In this document: positions 37,740 through 39,533 of the stretch, piece by piece | Layout of the letters: every line of letters starts with the position of its first letter | Position numbering within the stretch: the stretch's first letter is position 1 | Source of the DNA: Tubiluchus corallicola | Lineage: Eukaryota > Animalia > Priapulida | DNA: 39,533 nucleotides | Reading direction: 5' to 3' | Assembly: GCA_030141605.1 (NCBI GenBank) | Contig: JAQGDQ010001466.1 | Coordinates: 1 to 39,533, forward strand | Translations under genes and position numbers: made by a program | The notes under the pieces: generated by a model | Told to the model about the DNA's origin: nothing | The model's input: only the letters and a program-made list of their open reading frames with translations | Database searches by the model: none

Positions 37740-39079
37740 TTTTTTCAAATAAGAGGTTAGATCAAATATTAATTACCTCGGATAGTTAAATTTTGTTAAG
37801 CTTTCAAAGCTCCGGGAATCAATTAAAACTAGCAATGGCGCTTTTTTGTCACATTAGCTTGGCCGATAAATGGGCGCTGTACCGTGATAAGCATGATCAT
37901 GAACTGCAGTGTCAGTCTGTGATGAAAAGTCCATGTTCGTGACATCACATCAACGTCGCTTATCAATCTTCGCTTAGGCAAACGTGCTTGACTAGCAGGT
38001 AAGATGCCTACCATTGTAGAATTTGTGGTTGGTTTGTGACGTAAGCGATAACTGTGTTCGCTTGCCGTTAATTAACTTTCCATGGTAGTTATTCAATTAT
38101 TAGAAACAATTGGTAACTTTTATAAGTAAAAAATGTATATATTGGACAGTAAATTAAAATGAGTTTGAGTCTAATCAATCGTCTGTCTTTCCTTTAACGC
38201 ATGAAAATCAGAATTCTTTCTCATATTTCATTTCAAGTTTCTTTCAAGTACAATAATGACCTGCCCTCTCACTGGTGAGACTGCGAATTTGCCTCTTTTT
38301 TGGGTAAATTTACATTGCATTCATTCTTTTTAGCAATTTGGGTCTTCAGTGCAGGTCGGATGGCTCTTAGTGTTATACTGTGAAAGTTTACCAGAAGAGT
38401 AAAAGTCGCTTGACCTCCAGTTCGGCATCTCCTTCCATGCGTCATAGCTGTTGACCTGTAAATGTACAGAAATAGATGGAAAGTTTGTATACACAAGACT
38501 TTAGCGACTTTTTAAACGGTGTTAATACGTTGTTCAAAACCCCGTGGCAGATAAATACCTCACGAGAAAATATGTCTCTGCCACCTGTTGTGAAGATATG
38601 GTAAAAGTGCAAACAACATTGAATTCAACGAAATCATGGCATGGATTAGAGGACTCTTTAATCTTCCTACTCGCAGTAATGAAAGTCAAATGTACGCTAG
38701 CTACAATGTACCAATTTTTCTTGCATACGTAGGAAAGCTGTGTTTAGTCTGTTAAGTAGGCTGTTTTTGTGTCAGAATACTGTTATTAATAACTTGCTGT
38801 ACAATACTGATACAATTTTTAGATACAATGTACCAAGTTTTTCTTGTATACGTAGGAAGGCTGTGTTTAGTCTGAGAAGTAGACTGTTTTTGAGTCAGAA
38901 TACTGTTATTAATAACTTGCTGTACAATACTGATTCAATTTTTAGATACAATGTACCGAGTTTTTCCTGCATACTTAGGAAGGCTGCGTTTAGTCTCAGA
39001 AGTAGACTGTTTTTGAGTCAGAATACTGTTATTAATAACTTGCTGTACAATACAGATACAATTTTTAGCTACAATGTAC
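37740..39079 (-). repeat. Block Y': inverted copy of ~33030-34368 (truncated MITE, unique segment, and 3 copies of the 123-bp repeat)
   Basis: ORF pairs 33612..33839/38269..38496 (identical), 33376..33564/38544..38732 and 34094..34279/37829..38014 mirror each other. The MITE copy 37740-38193 lacks one TIR. Confidence 0.93.
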
Positions 39080-39533
39080 AGCATAATATGTATAGACAAA
39101 ACATTCAAATGAGATTAAAAAGTTTAACTGTACAGCAAGAGCCAATTATTTATAAAGCCATAACTTAAATATTATCTATACACATATTTACACAATACAA
39201 ATGTATGTGGGTGTACACCACAATGCAGTAACTGACTGCATTACTGTGACAATGAAGTACAAAAAGTAACATATATATTTAGATTATAATCCCACTGCAT
39301 ATATGGTTGCAATTTTTAATAGAACACATCAAAGCAGACAACACAGATAATGGTTAGTAATTTCTATACTAAAGAAAAACTTGTTATTAGACACAAAGAT
39401 AGAGAAAACAGTTACACTGTATAACAGCACTGGTTAATGCTTTCCTTTAATACAGTTAGGCACAGTATGCAATATAAAAATCAAACTTAACGGAAGTGCC
39501 AACTACTAGAGTTAAATGGTTGTGGCAGTACTG

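Overview
AT-rich, repeat-dense eukaryotic genomic DNA, most likely from a marine invertebrate; this is inferred from the 5S rRNA type and repeat families and was not verified. The only convincing protein-coding gene is an intronless, secreted pentraxin-domain gene at 7656-8714 (+). The rest is mostly mobile and repetitive DNA. Retroelements: a tRNA-derived SINE with a 20-bp TSD, two inverted 5S-derived SINE-like copies, a bipartite RTE derivative with a 19-bp TSD, and L2/CR1-type remnants. DNA elements: TTAA-flanked Kolobok-like elements (one 3.2-kb element ends just upstream of the pentraxin gene), two head-to-tail non-autonomous Helitrons, and a hAT-type MITE with an 8-bp TSD. There are many micro- and minisatellites (units of 16, 27, about 35, 39, 41, 90 and 123 bp), a 1.2-kb tandem duplication, and an inverted duplication whose two blocks are in permuted order around a 27-bp satellite. 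Nearly all other ORFs in the track are translations of repeats. I found no CRISPR array and no clear new multi-gene system. All similarities were judged by eye.
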